Source: Malacoraja senta (lineage: Eukaryota). From it: a DNA stretch of 64,000 nucleotides. The position numbers and the translations under genes are program-made. The notes under the pieces are model-generated. The model was given only the letters and a program-made list of their open reading frames with translations. It was not told the origin of the DNA and did no database searches. Every line of letters starts with the position of its first letter. Positions within the stretch are counted from its first letter, which is position 1. The stretch is taken from NCBI GenBank assembly GCA_038087875.1, contig CM075984.1, forward strand, positions 33,356,001 to 33,420,000, written 5' to 3'. This document shows, piece after piece, positions 1-53,817 of this stretch.

Positions 1-192
1 CTTTTCCAAATCTGACACTTCAGATAATAATCTGCCTTCTTGTTTTTGCCACCAAAGTAGATAACCTCACATTTATCCACTTTATTCTGCATCTGCCATG
101 CATCTGCCCACTCACCCAACCTACCCAAGTCACACTGCAGCCTCATAGTATCCTCGTCGCAGCTCACACTGCCACCCAGCTTTGTGTCATCT
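1..192 (-). mobile_element. CR1-type LINE RT fragment
   Basis: Minus strand encodes DDTKLGG... Confidence 0.8.
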
Positions 193-387
193 GTTTCTTC
201 TCACAAGAATCAGCTGGGTTATTATAACATTCTGGATCGCAAATGCAATCCATTTCTAACATACCCGCTCCCGATTTAACAACTGGCCTAATGAAAAACA
301 GTGATTGCCAAAAATATTTCAATAGGCTAAGTAGCATCTGAGAGAGGGAGAGAGAGGGAAAGGGGGGAGGGAATAGAGAGGGGGGGG

Positions 388-553
388 NNNNNNNNNNNNN
401 NNNNNNNNNNNNNNNNNNNNNNNNNNNNNNNNNNNNNNNNNNNNNNNNNNNNNNNNNNNNNNNNNNNNNNNNNNNNNNNNNNNNNNNNNNNNNNNNNNNN
501 NNNNNNNNNNNNNNNNNNNNNNNNNNNNNNNNNNNNNNNNNNNNNNNNNNNNN
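388..553. other. Assembly gap (N run) next to a GA-rich tract
   Basis: Ns in the sequence. Confidence 0.99.
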
Positions 554-1264
554 TTCTTATTTCATGTTAATGACTGATGAAATAGTGTATGTGTTTTTCT
601 CCACATATATTCATTCCCAAATATCCAGAATGTACAGATTTTTTTGCTTAACAATCAGCTTTTTGGATGCAATTAAGTGCTCACATCGGTCAGAACCACT
701 GTAAGTCACTATAGCAGACACCCCAGAGACATATCACCAATATTGTCTGCTCAACAACGTCTCAATTCAATGGAAAGGAGAAAGCTAACATCAGTGTTCT
801 CTCCCAGCACTGGGTCCCTAATGACATTCAACTGGCAACATTAAGGAGGACATGTCGTTCACATGCTCGGCATCAGTCACCTGAAATGGACACTTTGTTC
901 TGAGTTTCATCATGGGAAGAAATTATTTACAGGACAGAGGAAATTATTTAATGATGTGCTCGGAGCTCCCTGAATGAAACGGACAACAATGTCTGACTCA
1001 CAAGATATCTCTTGCCCCTGACCTCTCAACATGAAGATGGAGTATTCAGGGTGGAACTGAGAACCACAGGGCCTTGCACTAGGAGCTCAAGGATGCACTG
1101 TGCAAGTGGTGGAAGGAACTCACTGCCTCACAAACAACCCGCATGCCCAACCTGCTCAGGCACCTACCCAATGCTCACTTGAGAACCCATAAAACCAGAG
1201 CAGAAACAAATCCCCCTCATCTCGGAGAGAAGAAGCGTACATACCGTGGCAATCAGAATCCTTA

Positions 1265-1647
1265 TGGGCCTGTCCCACTTAGGTGATTTTTCAGCGGACT
1301 TCCGGTGACTGTCAAGTTGCCGGCAATCGTCTGAAAAACCAGCAACTGGAACGGCGACTGTCAGAGTGGAACACACACTCACTCACACAAACGCATCGCT
1401 TCCTTCACCAGCCCGTTATGCAGGTGGGGGACAGGGCAAGCGGGGGCAGCGTTGTCTAAAAAATTCACAAGGTGCAAAGCCAAGGTGAAACAGGCTCACA
1501 CCGCGATGAACAGGAAGGTTGGCGTTGTAAAAAAACGGCTAAAGCACAGTGTATGGTAAGTCCTTTAAAAGGGGAGGGGGAAGAGGGGAGAGAAGGGGGG
1601 AGACAACTTTTAAGAAACCTGAGATACACGGCTGTGAAGCTCGGCGG
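1265..1647. mobile_element. Harbinger-type MITE, truncated copy of the 33922-34721 family
   Basis: TTA|TGGGCCTGTCCCACTT, then colinear similarity to 33922-34310. Confidence 0.85.
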
Positions 1648-2536
1648 TTAACCTGTTAACCTACTGCCATCGCAGCTCTGGGATGTGACAGGAAACCGGA
1701 GCCTTCAGGGGAAAACTGAAGGCAGAAGAATGATTTGAATGACAGAGAAGATTTGAATGGCAGAGAAGGTCCGAATGGCGTGATTCTGCTCCAAGAACAT
1801 ATGAATGTGTGAAATCCACTCCAGAAGAAACTGGCGTACAAAGACTATCCTATGTAAGTACCATGTGTTTAATTACTATACAACACTATCATATGTTTAC
1901 ACACTACATAATAGACATTGTAAAAATCCCATTACTAGACATGATGGCTATTGGTGGATCACTACATCACTGCAGATACCAGGTACATGTCACTTGTGAA
2001 AGAAAGGACAAGCACAGAGATTCCAGACTTCTTAGACCTGAAGGACTCAACTGGAGACTTGCAATCTGCTATGTTTTAAAGGGTGTGACCTTACCTCAGC
2101 TTCAGGCAATTCCCTTCTGCAGCTTTCCATCCTTAATAATGTCACCACCACAGCCACCTATCCCCTCCCCCATTATCTCCAGCATTCACAATCATCTCTC
2201 CCCAGCTCTCATACCTCAATCCATGCCCTCTGCAATGTCCACCTTCTTCAATGGTGGACAGAAGCTTTATCCACCTTGTGTCTCATGATAAGATGTGGAA
2301 GATTGGGTCTTCGCAGAAGACTGACACAGTTCCATGGGTAGCAGCCCCACAATCTCTCCACCCCTCCACTCTCACATAACACACCATCCACACAGGGCAC
2401 TTTCTGGGGCATTCTTCACGACTCATCTTAAAAACTCTGCATGTAAAAGTTTAAACCTCCCTTGTGATAGCTGAATCACTAACCTCACAAATATTACTGC
2501 CGGAAATAAACCAAGGAATTACAGTAGAAGCAACAG

Positions 2537-2607
2537 TTTATTTATGTTTTATTGCAGAGCCAGAACTAAACACCAATTCCTTCAATTCTGCCATGGAATA
2601 CTTTATT
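2537..2607 (-). terminator. Transferrin polyadenylation signals (AATAAA at 2607-2602, 2553-2548, 2542-2537)
   Basis: Three TTTATT hexamers on the plus strand, about 145-215 nt past the stop codon. Confidence 0.75.
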
Positions 2608-2749
2608 TATGCTATCAATGGTTGACACAAATACATTCAAAGGATTTGAGTTGATGTTATGTAGTTGTCATTGCATTCAGACTGATGGATATAAAATGGC
2701 ATTCTGGACTGCATTGTGCCCGAAGCCTTGGCAGGTCACACATGTGCGT

Positions 2750-42127
<39,378 letters not shown>

Positions 42128-42227
42128 CTTGCCACACTTTAGATGGACGGAATAGAGGAGTTGTGTGACTTTTTCTCAAACCTGCTGCGAGCTGTTAGAG
42201 AAAGAACGTTTGTGCTCCCTCCCCACC

Positions 42228-42295
42228 TTTTATAGTGCCTAAAATTGCTGTGTGTGCAGAATGAGAGATAAGACCCATGTTGACTTGTTTGGATT
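42228..42295 (-). promoter_or_regulatory. Transferrin proximal promoter: TATAAAA at 42234-42228, with nearby GATA-like and FOXA-like motifs
   Basis: TATAAAAG about 100 nt upstream of the ATG; AGATAAG and TGTTGAC/TGTTTGG motifs just upstream (these motif assignments are weak). Confidence 0.7.
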
Positions 42296-43644
42296 ATATT
42301 TCACCAGAGGATCTATCTAAACTCACCCCACATCTAATTAAATTAACTAATCTTTGTTTGATGCAGAAGGATTACAGAAATGGGAACAGTCCAAACTCAG
42401 AGAAGCCCAAAAAGTATTTGACCTCCTCTTGAAGGTAGAAAGGTCAGATGGTACACAATAACAGCATAGCCCAAGAAATCAGAGAAGTTATTTTGCATCA
42501 GTTGGTTTGCAGTATTCCATCCATCTTGTAGTATTAATTATTTTCATGGCACTGAGAGGTTTTTATTTGTTTAATTTAACCAGCTTTTCTCCAAGTTACA
42601 GGTTTCAATATTTACCTGTTTCATTAGTTACTTAACTGAGATATTCACTTAATTTTAACTTTAGAGATGGATGTGCAAACCAAAAGCACATTTTTACAAT
42701 ATCAGAGTTTTCACATTTGCTTCCTTGTAAAATACATATCTTGTAAAATAAGCATCATGACTCCACCATTAAATAAAAAAAGTTATATAATTTCTGTGCT
42801 TTGATGTTATGAATTGTGATGGGACAATGTTTTTTAAATATCCCACATAAAGGTCTTTCTAATCTTATTTTGTGGGGATTAGTTCTATCACTGTACTGTT
42901 TAGTTACCTATCACGTAGCTAAACGTTGCTATTTTGTCTGGGTTTTTTTTGTGATTTTCATCTTTATCTTTTTCATTTATTCTAAATATTTCTGGTAAAT
43001 TATTTTTTAAATTATTTCTATAAAAAGAAATTCTGTCAGATATAATTGATTTTTCTCACTCTCTTCTTGTTGGTTTCTTCCTCACTTATTTTTGTTGCCA
43101 TCTCGTGTTTCTCTTCTCTGTACTCAAATTTCTTGGCTTTCTCATTTGTAAATGGTGGGGACCCTTGATATAAGACAGGTTTCATTCTCATTAAGGATCA
43201 AGATGTTCAGAGGGTGTTGCCATTTGATGTTCTCCTCGTGCCTTTGTAAACATACCCTTCTGACTAGAACCAACAAAAGCATTTAGAGATTGTGAAAAAG
43301 GTACATCATTGTACAAGAATGCAGGTTTAAATGGAAGTTGAGGGCCTCACTCTCCTCATTTTAATGCTGACAATGAAGGGCTCTCGACTCATGGTAATTC
43401 AACTGATATTTTAAGGAAATTACTAAACAGTATAAAAACAGTTCTTGCTAGTCATGTCAGAATAGTGGAATGAAGTGAAGAGTGGAATAAGCCAACAATC
43501 GGCAATGGAAATTACACTGAAGAAGCAAATCTTATTTATGATACTTTAAACGCCATAGCTATGTTCCTCTGAGCCCAATAATTTTCTTGGGAAGTTCAAT
43601 AATGTGTTAACTCCAAAGAGGCAACTCTGCATGTTTTTTCACAT

Positions 43645-44445
43645 GCACCTCTTCACACCTCGTCTCCTATATTCAGTGCTCCTGATGTGGCCTCCTTTAT
43701 AATGATGAGACCTACCATATACTTGACAAGCATTTCGCCGAACACTTGCGCTAGGCCCACCAAGGTCTGCTGGTTCTCCCGGTTGCTAACCAGTTTAACA
43801 CCCCTTCCCATTCCCATAATGACCTTTCTGACCTGGTCCTCCTCCGTTGTCAGAGTGAGGGCACACACAAACTAGAAGAGCAGCACCTCATATTCCACAT
43901 GGGTGGTTTACAACCCAACCGTATGAACATTGAATTCTCCAATTTTAAACAACACCCTCCTTCTCCCACCCCCACCCTGAGCACACTTGTTTCTCCCATT
44001 ATCCCACCCTTCTTAGCCCTCCATCTCCTTCCACATATATCCCTCCCTCTGTCTTTACATTTCACTCATCTTCGCTCCTGATCTGATGCCCTTTTTTTTC
44101 TCTTTTTCATCTCTAGCCTTTGTCCATTCATCTGCCACTCAAATATCCCTTTCACCTGTATTCATGTATCAGTTGATAGACACAAAAAGCTGGAGTAACT
44201 CACCGGGACAGGCAGCATCTCTGGAGAGAAGGAATGGGTGATGTTTCGGGTCGAAACCCCATCTATCACTTGCCTGTCTGTGTCCCGCCCTGGACTTTTA
44301 TCCAGGTTTCTCCACTACTACTATCAGTCTGAAGAAAGGTCCTGACCCGAAATGTTGCCTATCTGTTCCTTTCATAGATGCTGCCTGACCCATTGAGTTC
44401 TCCAGCACTTTGTGTTTGGCTCACAATTCCAACATCTGCAGCTCC
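43645..44445 (+). mobile_element. Penelope-like element fragment with an inverted terminal-repeat piece (44175-44260)
   Basis: Degenerate GIY-YIG coding remnants plus terminal repeat in both orientations. Confidence 0.8.
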
Positions 44446-45254
44446 TGCTTACTTCTTCTCTATCTTATCCCTAAGTGGGATTCTCAGGAATGTCCATGGA
44501 GCACATAATGTATAAGTACGAACCTGGTGTCTTTCGATAAGTGTTACAATAATAGAATTTTTAATGAATTTTTAAAAGCACTTTTAAAAAAAATATTCAT
44601 GAATCTCCTACCAAAAGGTTTATCCATCAGAAATTATAGTTTATATAAAAATGATTAACTGAATAGAAAAAAAAATCCTTGTCTGCCTCTTCAAGCAATT
44701 ACAAAATTAGGTCATTCCTATATCTTACCTCTGAAATTATGCTAATTTGATCTGGAAACTTATTACTGTACATTACTAAAAAACAAATTTTAAAAATCTA
44801 ATCCTTTGATTCACCTTCCACCATTGTCAGAAACTAAAATAATAAAAAATCACCTTGTGAAAGAAAATTCTAAAGCTTTAATCAACATATGGGGCAAAGT
44901 GAATCATGGTTTCTGTCGAGTATTAAATATTTACTGATGCATTGCAGCTTCCATGGTGTCTGGTTTTGCAATATTTATTGAGAATATATTGACCTTGTGG
45001 CAACTGGAAAGTTGCAGCAGCCTGTGATAAAAGCTTTTTTTGATTTATTTCTTTGTTTTTTGTCATTCTTTTGCAAGACTTGTCACAGTCATGTTAATTA
45101 TTTATTTTCTCATTGTAGTGAGAATCTTTTAAGTATTATTTATATTATAAAGTGTGTAACTGGAAGTATTCAAGTTTGGATCTGAAAGTTGAAGTCAGGT
45201 CCTGGGAGTTCACACATATATGTTGGTGATCATTTTCTAATGTTTTACAGATAC

Positions 45255-46085
45255 TGGATCAGATCCTGTGGATTGGAGCGCAGCTAATGTTATCCCACTT
45301 TTTAAGAAAGGAGGGAGAGAGAAAGCAGGGAATTATAGACCAGTTAGCCTGACATCGGTGGTGGGGAAAATGCTGGAGTCAATTATTAAAGATGTAATAG
45401 CGGCACATTTGGATTGCAGTAAGAGGATTGGTCTGAGTCAGCTTGTGTTGCCACTTTCAGGGAGTTATGGATTTGGACCCCAAGTTCCCTCTGTACATCA
45501 AAGCTGGGAGGGTCATGCCATTAATTGTATATTTTCTCCTTACATTTTACCTCCCAAAGTGGAATACCTGACTGCTCGGATTAAACTCCATCAGCCATTT
45601 CTCTGCTCGTTTTGGAAGCTGAACTATGTCCCATTGTATATTTTCACAGCCCTCCTCACAGTTTACAACCCCAGCAATCTTGGTGTCATCTTCAAACTTA
45701 CTAACCAACCCATTTTTGTTTACTTCCAAGACATTTATATATACCACAAACAGTAGAGGTCCAGCGCATATTCCTACGAAACTCCACTGGTTACAGACTT
45801 CCAGCCTGAATATCATCCTTCTACCACAATCTACCTATGCCCTCTGGTCTTTGACATCTGTTGTGGGGAAAGGATTCCCATTCTCCACCCTATCAATGGT
45901 CATTATTTTGTATACCTCTATTGGGTCACCCTTCAGCTTCTCTCCACTCCAAGGTAAACAAACCAGCCTCTTCAGTCTATCCTCATAATTGTAAGCATCA
46001 TCCCAACCTCCTGACAAATCTCCTCAGTACTCTTTCCAGTTCAATCATTTCCTTCCCAAATACAGCAGCTAGAAATGCACACAAT
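45255..46085. mobile_element. CR1 ORF2 fragments in opposite orientations (45255-45440 plus, 45440-46085 minus)
   Basis: DW..ANVIPLFKKGGREKAGNYRPVSLTSVVGKMLE; GPLLFVVYIN...SKFEDDTKI. Confidence 0.88.
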
Positions 46086-46324
46086 TAGTTGGGGCCTGAA
46101 GCAGCATTAATACTGACCTATGACTTATCCAACGTATGACAATTAATTATTTGCCTGGAAGTCAATTCCATTAATTATTTCCTTTATAAAGAACCTCTTG
46201 ACATTAAAATTGGATTTTACCATTCAGAACTTTTTTCTCCAATGTTCTGCTGTCCAAGTTTAATTTGAAGTTACATTCCACTTTAATCAGTTTGTTCAAT
46301 TACTATCCAGATTGAGCATGACCT

Positions 46325-46660
46325 TTTTAGTTTAGTTTGGTTTAGTTTAGAGATACAGCATGGAAACAGGCACTTTCAGCCCATCAGGTCCACGCTGACC
46401 ATCAATCACCCATATAATAGTTCTATGTTATCCCAATATTGCATCCTGAACACTAGGGGCAATTTACAGAGACCAATTAACCTACAAACCTACACATCTT
46501 TAGAATGTGGAAGGAAACCAGAGCACCCGGAGAAAACCCATGCAGTCTTAGGGCGAAAGTGTAAATTCCACACAGACAGCAAAGCACTCAAGGTCAGGAT
46601 GGAACCCAGGTCCCTGACCCTGTGAAGCAGCAGCTCTACCATTGCACCACAGTGCTCCCC
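46325..46660 (-). mobile_element. tRNA-derived V-SINE (HE1-like), near full length
   Basis: tRNA-like head, V-domain, CR1-like tail, (TTTAG)n. Confidence 0.8.
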
Positions 46661-48083
46661 TCAATATCACCTAATTTTCAAGCCAAACCTCTTGTCAAAC
46701 AATCTGTGACTGCAGGTAACTAATGGACCCCTCCCTCCTCTATGTCATGTGTCTTTCTCCTGCTTACATTGTTCCATATTGAACATTTCTATTACTTAGA
46801 AATGGGTATGCCTCTGACATTTTCAAAAGACACAATAACTCCCCAATTCTATTGAATCAATGGCTATACTCATCCATCCTGTTCTCTTTAGCAATACAAC
46901 AATACTTCATAAATCACAAAGTTATCACTTTTCTCTGCCCCTTGATCTGTTTCCAATTGCCTTTTGATTTAAATCTTGAATACTGATGAGGTGACAGGTG
47001 AACAGTTGTTCAGTTGATCTATGATACACAGTACAGATATCTCCCTTTCAGTACCTGCCATGATATTTTATTTTGTATTTGTCAATTTGATAATCCAATA
47101 ATCCTCATCATTGTATACTTTATTAAAGACAGGTGCTTGTGTCATATGTTCATAAATTCTAGGAGCAGAATTAGGCCATTTGGCCCATCAAGTCTACTCT
47201 GCCATTCAATCGTGGCTGATCTATCTTTCCCTCTCAAACCCATTCTCTTGCCTTCTCATAACCCCTGACACCCTTACTAATCAAGAATCTACCAAACTCC
47301 GCCTTAAAATATCCATTTACTCTAGTCAATTTCAAAACATCAACTAAAACCCTCACTAAGCAGACCACTGAAAAACACAAAGTAATGATTCTGATAATTA
47401 TCAATGTTAAAAAGACTACAGATGGTGCAAAACTGAAAGGGTGCTAGGGTAGCAAAGAAAATGTCTCTGATAGGATGTAGACCATAAGAAAATATATAGC
47501 ACAGATTGATGATAGCTGAGAGAGCTCGGTGAGAACTTGTTAATGGCAGCTGACGTGCCTGGAGGTTGTGCAAGGAGAGGGAGTACAGAAAAACAAAACA
47601 AGTAAATACTCCTGAAATTGTGAAATACAGAACACAGCTATTACTGGAAATCAGAAGTAAAGAAGAATGGTGGGAAAGCCTGGCAGATGAAGCAATATCA
47701 GTGGAGAAAGAAACCTCAAAACTGGCTGGGTACTGACAAGCAAAACATTGAAGATGCTAGAATTCTGAAACAAAAACTGAAAATACAGGAAGCGTTTAAC
47801 AGACTGGGAAGTACTGTATCTGTATGGAGAGAAATTACCCACATTGAGGAGCCTTCCCCAGCATGAAACATCATCCACTCCTTATCGCCATAGGCACCAC
47901 ATGATCTGCTGAGTACCTCCAGTATTCCCCACCCTCAGAACTGGCTTGTTATGACATGAGTAGAGGATGCTGGGGTTGCTCAACAGGTTTCACATCATGT
48001 TATGAGAGAGATTATTCTGTATAATTGACAAGTGGTGTCTATCTTTTCTCTGCACTGAGGAGACCTTAAAGAATCCAAGGGTA

Positions 48084-48385
48084 GGGGTGGCATGGTGGCA
48101 CAGAAGTAGAGTTGCTGACTTACAGCGCCAGAGACCCAGATTCGATCCTGACTGCGGGTGCAGAGTGTGCAGAGTTTTGTACGTTCTCCCTGTGACCGTG
48201 TATGTTTTCTCCAGCTGCTCCAGCTTCTTCCCACATTCCAAAGCGTGCAGGTTTGTAGGTTAATTGCTTCTGTAAATTGTTCCTAGTTTGTATGGTAGAA
48301 CTACTGTATGGGTGATCGTTGGTCAGTGTGGACTCGGTGGGCCAAAGAGCCTGTTTCCACGCTAAACTAAACTAAACCAAACTAA
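48084..48385 (+). mobile_element. tRNA-derived V-SINE (HE1-like), near full length
   Basis: GGTGGCACAG (A-box-like), GATTCGATCC (B-box-like), V-domain, (CTAAA)n tail. Confidence 0.82.
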
Positions 48386-51300
48386 TTTCAACTAAACGAC
48401 AGAAAATGTGCAGCACATTGATTTCAAATATGATTTTAGTTTTAATGACAAAGAGAAAGGAAAGTGCATTAGTCACCAATCCAGTGCTCTTTATACAGAA
48501 CTTCTGAAAGACCATGCATCAGTAGAATGTGATGCAGAGACTCCTGTGGCTCATCAAGCAACTCATGAGGTTCATTGTCAAAACCTGTCAAAGGGCGGAT
48601 GAGCTCTTAGCGAGCCAACGGTCATCCACACTTCAGTAGAAGTTGCGATCACTGTCGTACATAGCATTGTAAGGTACCATGCCCGTTGATGTTTTCAACA
48701 ATGATGATGATCGACATGCTCAGACTCATGAGGAGCCAGGTGCAGAAGCTGGCACCTGGCAGAGAGGTCTGCCACCAGGGCAGATGCGATTCAGTTAACC
48801 TATGTGTACAAAGTGTTGATAAAATAAATATTAGGATTGTTTTCTGTTCCCGTTGCACAACATTTTCCATTTGTTGCATTACAACATACTTGCTGATACT
48901 CATACTCAGTAAAGCAGACTATTGGGGAAAATCAAGTAACCACCCTTCCTGTCCCATTCTTTATGTTATTTACTTCCAAGACTTCTAGTCATCAGCAAGG
49001 CTGAGGGTCAGTTAATCCATGATTTCAAGTTAAACATAAACTGAAAATCTGTTTTCAGTCCACTGTGACTCTTTTGGATTGTTTGTACTTCTTAAGCCTT
49101 ATAAAATGGTGGTGACCGAGGACCAATTTGCTTAATTGTTTGTGTGTGGCACAATTTTTACTGCTGATTCCATTTCTTACTAATTATTAATAAGATAATC
49201 ACACTTTGCATATTTCCTGTTAAAAAAATCTGTGACTATTGATTTACAATTTGTTGGGTTATTAATTATATCTTCTATCCAAACTGGTTTCAAGAACTTT
49301 GCTCCACTAGACTAGCACGGCATGGAAAATCTATGCCACTATTTTCACTGATTATAAAATCACACATTCCCTTAATTTAATCTATATCGAGCTTCAATAA
49401 CAATAGATTAAGGTGACTTTAACTTTAAACCAATATCAGCACATGTTGGTCATTCATAGCAAAATATTTACAGTTAAGCAGGGAAACAAATCAACACGTT
49501 TCAGAACATCCTTGAATAAAGATCTTGGTTAATTTGAGAAGATGACATCCTGAGTGAAATGTAGAACCAACCTTTGGTCTTACTACCATTCCATTTGCAC
49601 AAGGAAAGCTATAAAAGTGTTTGATTAGCACTATGCAATTTGGTACCACATGTTCATTCTTTGCAAGATCACAATTTCCTCAGGATATATCTGCCCATCC
49701 AATACTGGAGCATCATTAAGGGTATGAAAAGTGTTAACATTGTATACATTTTTTCAAAATACATTTAATTTTTTCTTTAATAATATTAATGTTATCAGCT
49801 CTGGTTGTAAAGCACCCTTTACGATCTAATTTCCATTTAAATTCATTACATATAATGGATGCCAAATGGCTTTTAAAGAGAGGAAGAAGAAGGTAACATA
49901 ACTTCAACCAGAAGATCAAGAAATGGTAGTGAACATGCTTACAGAAATTCGTAACAGCAATTCAGTGTGTCAGCTTAATAGGGCATACCTAGAGTTGTCT
50001 GATGAACAGTCTAACAAGATGGTTTGCATTTTCAGAGAGATTGTAAATCAAGTTGTGTCACTTCTAAAAGAAGACATACAACCATCACCTTAAACAGCAT
50101 ACCTGTTATTGTTAATCTCATTACGTATTTCAAATTGTTTGATCTCAATTCCTTCCAAGGTGCCATGGAGATAGAAACATAGAACATAGAATAGTACAAC
50201 AGGAACAGACCTTCAATCTACAATTTCTGTGCTGAGCATGGTTAAGATAAGGTAATCTCATCTAGATGCACATGATCCATAAACCTCCATGCACATCCAT
50301 GTGCCTATCTAAGAGCCTCAAATGCCACAATCATATCTGTCTCCACCATCGCCCCTGACAGCACATTCCAGGCATCCATCATACATTGTGGAAAAAACCT
50401 GTCACACACATATCCTTTAAACAATGCCCCACTCACCTTAAAGCTAAGCCTTTTGATTTTTGACATTTCATTCCTGAAAGGTTCTACCTGTCTACCCCAT
50501 CTATGCCTCTCCTAATTTTATACTCTTCTACCAGGCCTCCCCTAAACATCTGGCATTCTGGAGAAAACAATCCATATTTGTCCAACCTCGTCTTGTAGCT
50601 AATACCCCTTAATCAAGGCAACATTCTGATATCAGTATGTCACCCAATATGCAGTTTACACCAATTGTAAACATATGACCGATGCTTTGCTTGCTAGAGG
50701 TGATCCTCATTTTCCCTTGGAGATCCAGAAGCAATACTTAATGGAGTTCATTAATATATGATTTATGATATCCACTCGGCCAAGCAAGTCATTTTGTATA
50801 ATGCTGCCATAATACTGCCATCTCAAGCTATAATCAACAATCACAAGCCAGATCATGCTATCATGGTTCCACTCCTCTCCCCCATCCCACACCCAACCTC
50901 ACCAACCACACACCTCATCTGGAATCATCAGCAGAATGCCAGCACATCCACACTTACCAGGGCTGGATGCAGAGGGCTGATCTCAAAGTGACCTGGTCTA
51001 TCAAGAGTTCTGATCTACAACTGAACATGACAACAAACAGTAGAGGCCCCATCCTCAGACTATCCCTGACATTTGGTAAAGCAGGAACTGGAGTATAACA
51101 GTTTGTGGTTCTCATTGAATCACAGAATCACACCAATGTACAGCACAGAAATAGGCCTTTTTAGCTGGCCACACCCATGCTGACTGTGAAGCCTATTGAC
51201 AAAAGACTGTGTTAGGCCCATATACTTCAAACACTATTACTTTCCAAGTACCTGTGCAAAGGCCTTTTAAACATAGTGACTGTATTTCCCACCACCCTTT

Positions 51301-51950
51301 TCTCTGCCAGCTCCTTCCTGATATTCACTACTTTTTGTGTAAAGAACTTACCCCTAGGATCTCCTTTAAATCTCTCCCCTCTCATATTAAACCTGTATCC
51401 TTTCATTCTGGACTCTCTTGGGGAAAAGATTCTTACTATCTATCCTATCTATGCCCCTCTTAATTTTATAAACCCATCATATCTCAACTTACTATATTCA
51501 TGTGAGAATAAAGCCTATCCAATGTCTCCTTATAACTAGAGCCTTCCATTCCAGGCAACAACCTGGCAAATCTTTTCTGCATGCTCTATATTGCCACCTA
51601 TGATATTGGGGGTAGGGTATTGGATAGAGAGCTGGTTGGCAGACAGGAAACAAAGAGTAGGAATAAACAGGTCCTTTTCAGAATGGCAGGCAGTGACCAG
51701 TGGGATATCTCAAGGCTCAGTGCTATATTAACGATGTAGACAAAGGAATTAAATGTAACATCTCTAAATTTGCAGATGACACAAAGCTGGATGGCAGGGT
51801 GAGCCAGGAAGGGGATGCTATGAGGCTGCAGGGTGACTAGGATAGGTTGGGTGAGTGGGTGGATGCATGGCAGATGCTGTGTAATGTGAATAAATGTGAG
51901 TTATCCACTTTGGTGACAAGAACAAGAAAGCAGATTATTATCTGAATGGT

Positions 51951-52687
51951 TAGGATGTGTAGGAAATAACTGCAGATGCTGGTTTAAATGGAAGGTAGAT
52001 ACAAAATGCTGGAGTAACAGCAGGACAGGCAGCATCTCTGGAGAGAAGGAATGGGTGGCGTTTCAGGTCGAGACCCTTCTTCAGACTGATGATAGGGGAG
52101 TGGGCGGGACAGAGATAGAATATAGTCGGAGACGGTAAGACTAGTGGGAGAACTGGGAAGGAGGAGGGGTTGGAGAGAGAGAGGGGAAAAAAGGGCTATT
52201 TGTAGTTAAAGAAGTCAATGTTCATACCGCTGGGGTGTAAGCTACCCAAGCGAAATATGAGGTGCTGTTTCTCCAATTTGCAAGGGGCCTCACTCTGACA
52301 ATGGAGGAGGCCCAGGACAGAAAGATCAGATTGGGAATGGGAGGGGGAGTTAAAGTGCTGAGCAATGTGGAGATCAAGTAAGTTAAGGTGGACTGGGCAA
52401 AGGTGTTCAGCGAAACGATCGCCAAGTTTTCTCTTGGTCTCGCCAGAACAGCGGATACAGTAGACGAGGTTGGATGGGGTGCAAGTGAACCTCTGCCTCA
52501 CCTGAAAAGACTGTCAGGGTCCTTGGATGGAGTCGAGCGGGGAGGTAAAGGGACAGGTGTTGCAGGGTAAAATACCTGGGGAGGGGGTGTTTTGAGTGGG
52601 AAGAGATGAGTTGACCTGGGAGTTGTTTCCATTCCTTCTCACCAGAGATGCTGCCTATCATGCTGAGTTACTCCAGCATTTTGTGTC
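51951..52687 (-). mobile_element. Penelope-like element (GIY-YIG endonuclease remnant) inserted in CR1, 15-bp TSD
   Basis: ORF 52196-52501 FTCTPSNLVYCIRCS..GETKRKLGDRFAEH; TATTATCTGAATGGT at 51936-51950 and 52688-52702; inverted partial terminal repeat. Confidence 0.9.
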
Positions 52688-52982
52688 TATTATCTGAATG
52701 GTCAGATTAGGAAAAGGGGAGGTACAACAAGAATTCGGTATCTTTGTACATCAGTCACAAAAAGTAAGCATGCAAGTACAGCAGGCAGTGAAGAAAGCAA
52801 ATGGCATGTTGGCCTTCATAACAAGAGGATATGAGTATAGGAGCAAGGAGATCCTACTGCACTTGTACAGGACCCTGGTGAGACCACACCTGGAGATTTG
52901 TATGCAATTTTGGTCTCCTAATTTGAGGAAGGACCATTTTGCTGTTGAGTGCAGCATAGGTTCACCAGGTTAATTCCCGGGA

Positions 52983-53817
52983 ATCGGGTGGCACCATCGG
53001 GTGGAGCCTCGCCAGCAGCTGTCCGTCCTTTCACCCTTTTTTGTTATTTTTGGTATGTCAAAGTTTGTTTTAAACGTTTCTTAGTCTTTTTTATGTGGGG
53101 GGTGGGGGGGAATAGGGGGAAACCGTTTCCAGTCACTCACCTGGACGGAGATGTGTCTTTTCTCCGAGTTGCATCTTCACCCCCCCCCCCCCCCCCGGCC
53201 TACCAACTGGATTGGCGCGGCCTTTCCTGCCGGAGACCGGCCAGAGCTTCAGCAGTGGCGCAGCACTGAATTACCATTGTGGATGCCTTGCCGGGGATCG
53301 CCTGTGATGAAGCTCCAGAGTGTTGGGCCTGCTGACTTTAACACCGTGGAGCTGTGGTTGCAGAGCTTCTAGCCGCGGGCGGCGCTGACTTTAGCATCGC
53401 ATATTCCTGGGATCTTTTGCCAAGGGTCGCCAGTGTTGAATCTCCGCCCAGCTCAGCCTGTGGACTTCGGGAGCTTCAGTCTCCGGTAGGAAGTGGTCGA
53501 TTTGGAAACTCCAAGCCAATGAGTGTGTTCTTCCGTTCCGACACTGGAGCACCGATCATCCCGGCGAGAGGGCCTGAACATTGGGCCATCCGTAGCGGCG
53601 ACTGCGGAGGGCTCAAAGGCCCCGACAACAGGTGAACAAAGAGGAAGATGACTGAACTTTATTGCCTTCCCTCACAGTGGGAAACGTTGATTCCGCTGTG
53701 TTAAATGCTATCGAGTATTGTGTTCTTTTTATTCGTATGGCTGTATGGTAACTTAAATCTCACTGTATCAATTGATGCATGTGACAATAAATGTAACTTA
53801 AACTTGAACTTAAACTT
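52983..53817 (+). mobile_element. GC-rich non-autonomous retroelement with AATAAA and (AACTT(A/G))n tail, nested in CR1
   Basis: Interrupts CR1 at ...TTCCCGGGA|TGGCGGG with GGGA repeated on both sides; no coherent ORF. Confidence 0.6.

Noticed and set aside
700-1130. Possible decayed Tx1/L1-like fragment
   Set aside because: Only a faint KDALW-like trace; too degraded to call.
1809-2288. 159-aa ORF downstream of TF
   Set aside because: No homology recognised, low-complexity C-terminus, no convincing gene structure.
42128-42205. Iron-responsive element in the TF 5' UTR
   Set aside because: No CAGUGN loop with a bulged-C stem; the closest match (TAAGTGT) does not fit.
42911-42918. Hypoxia response element upstream of TF
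   Set aside because: A single isolated TACGTG core is expected by chance; no paired site or other support.
48490-48799. Unique-looking segment with a minus-strand acceptor at 48801-48800 as a coding exon
   Set aside because: No recognisable protein; joining it to the 62562 donor gives an immediate stop. Could be a non-coding exon, but sequence alone does not support it.
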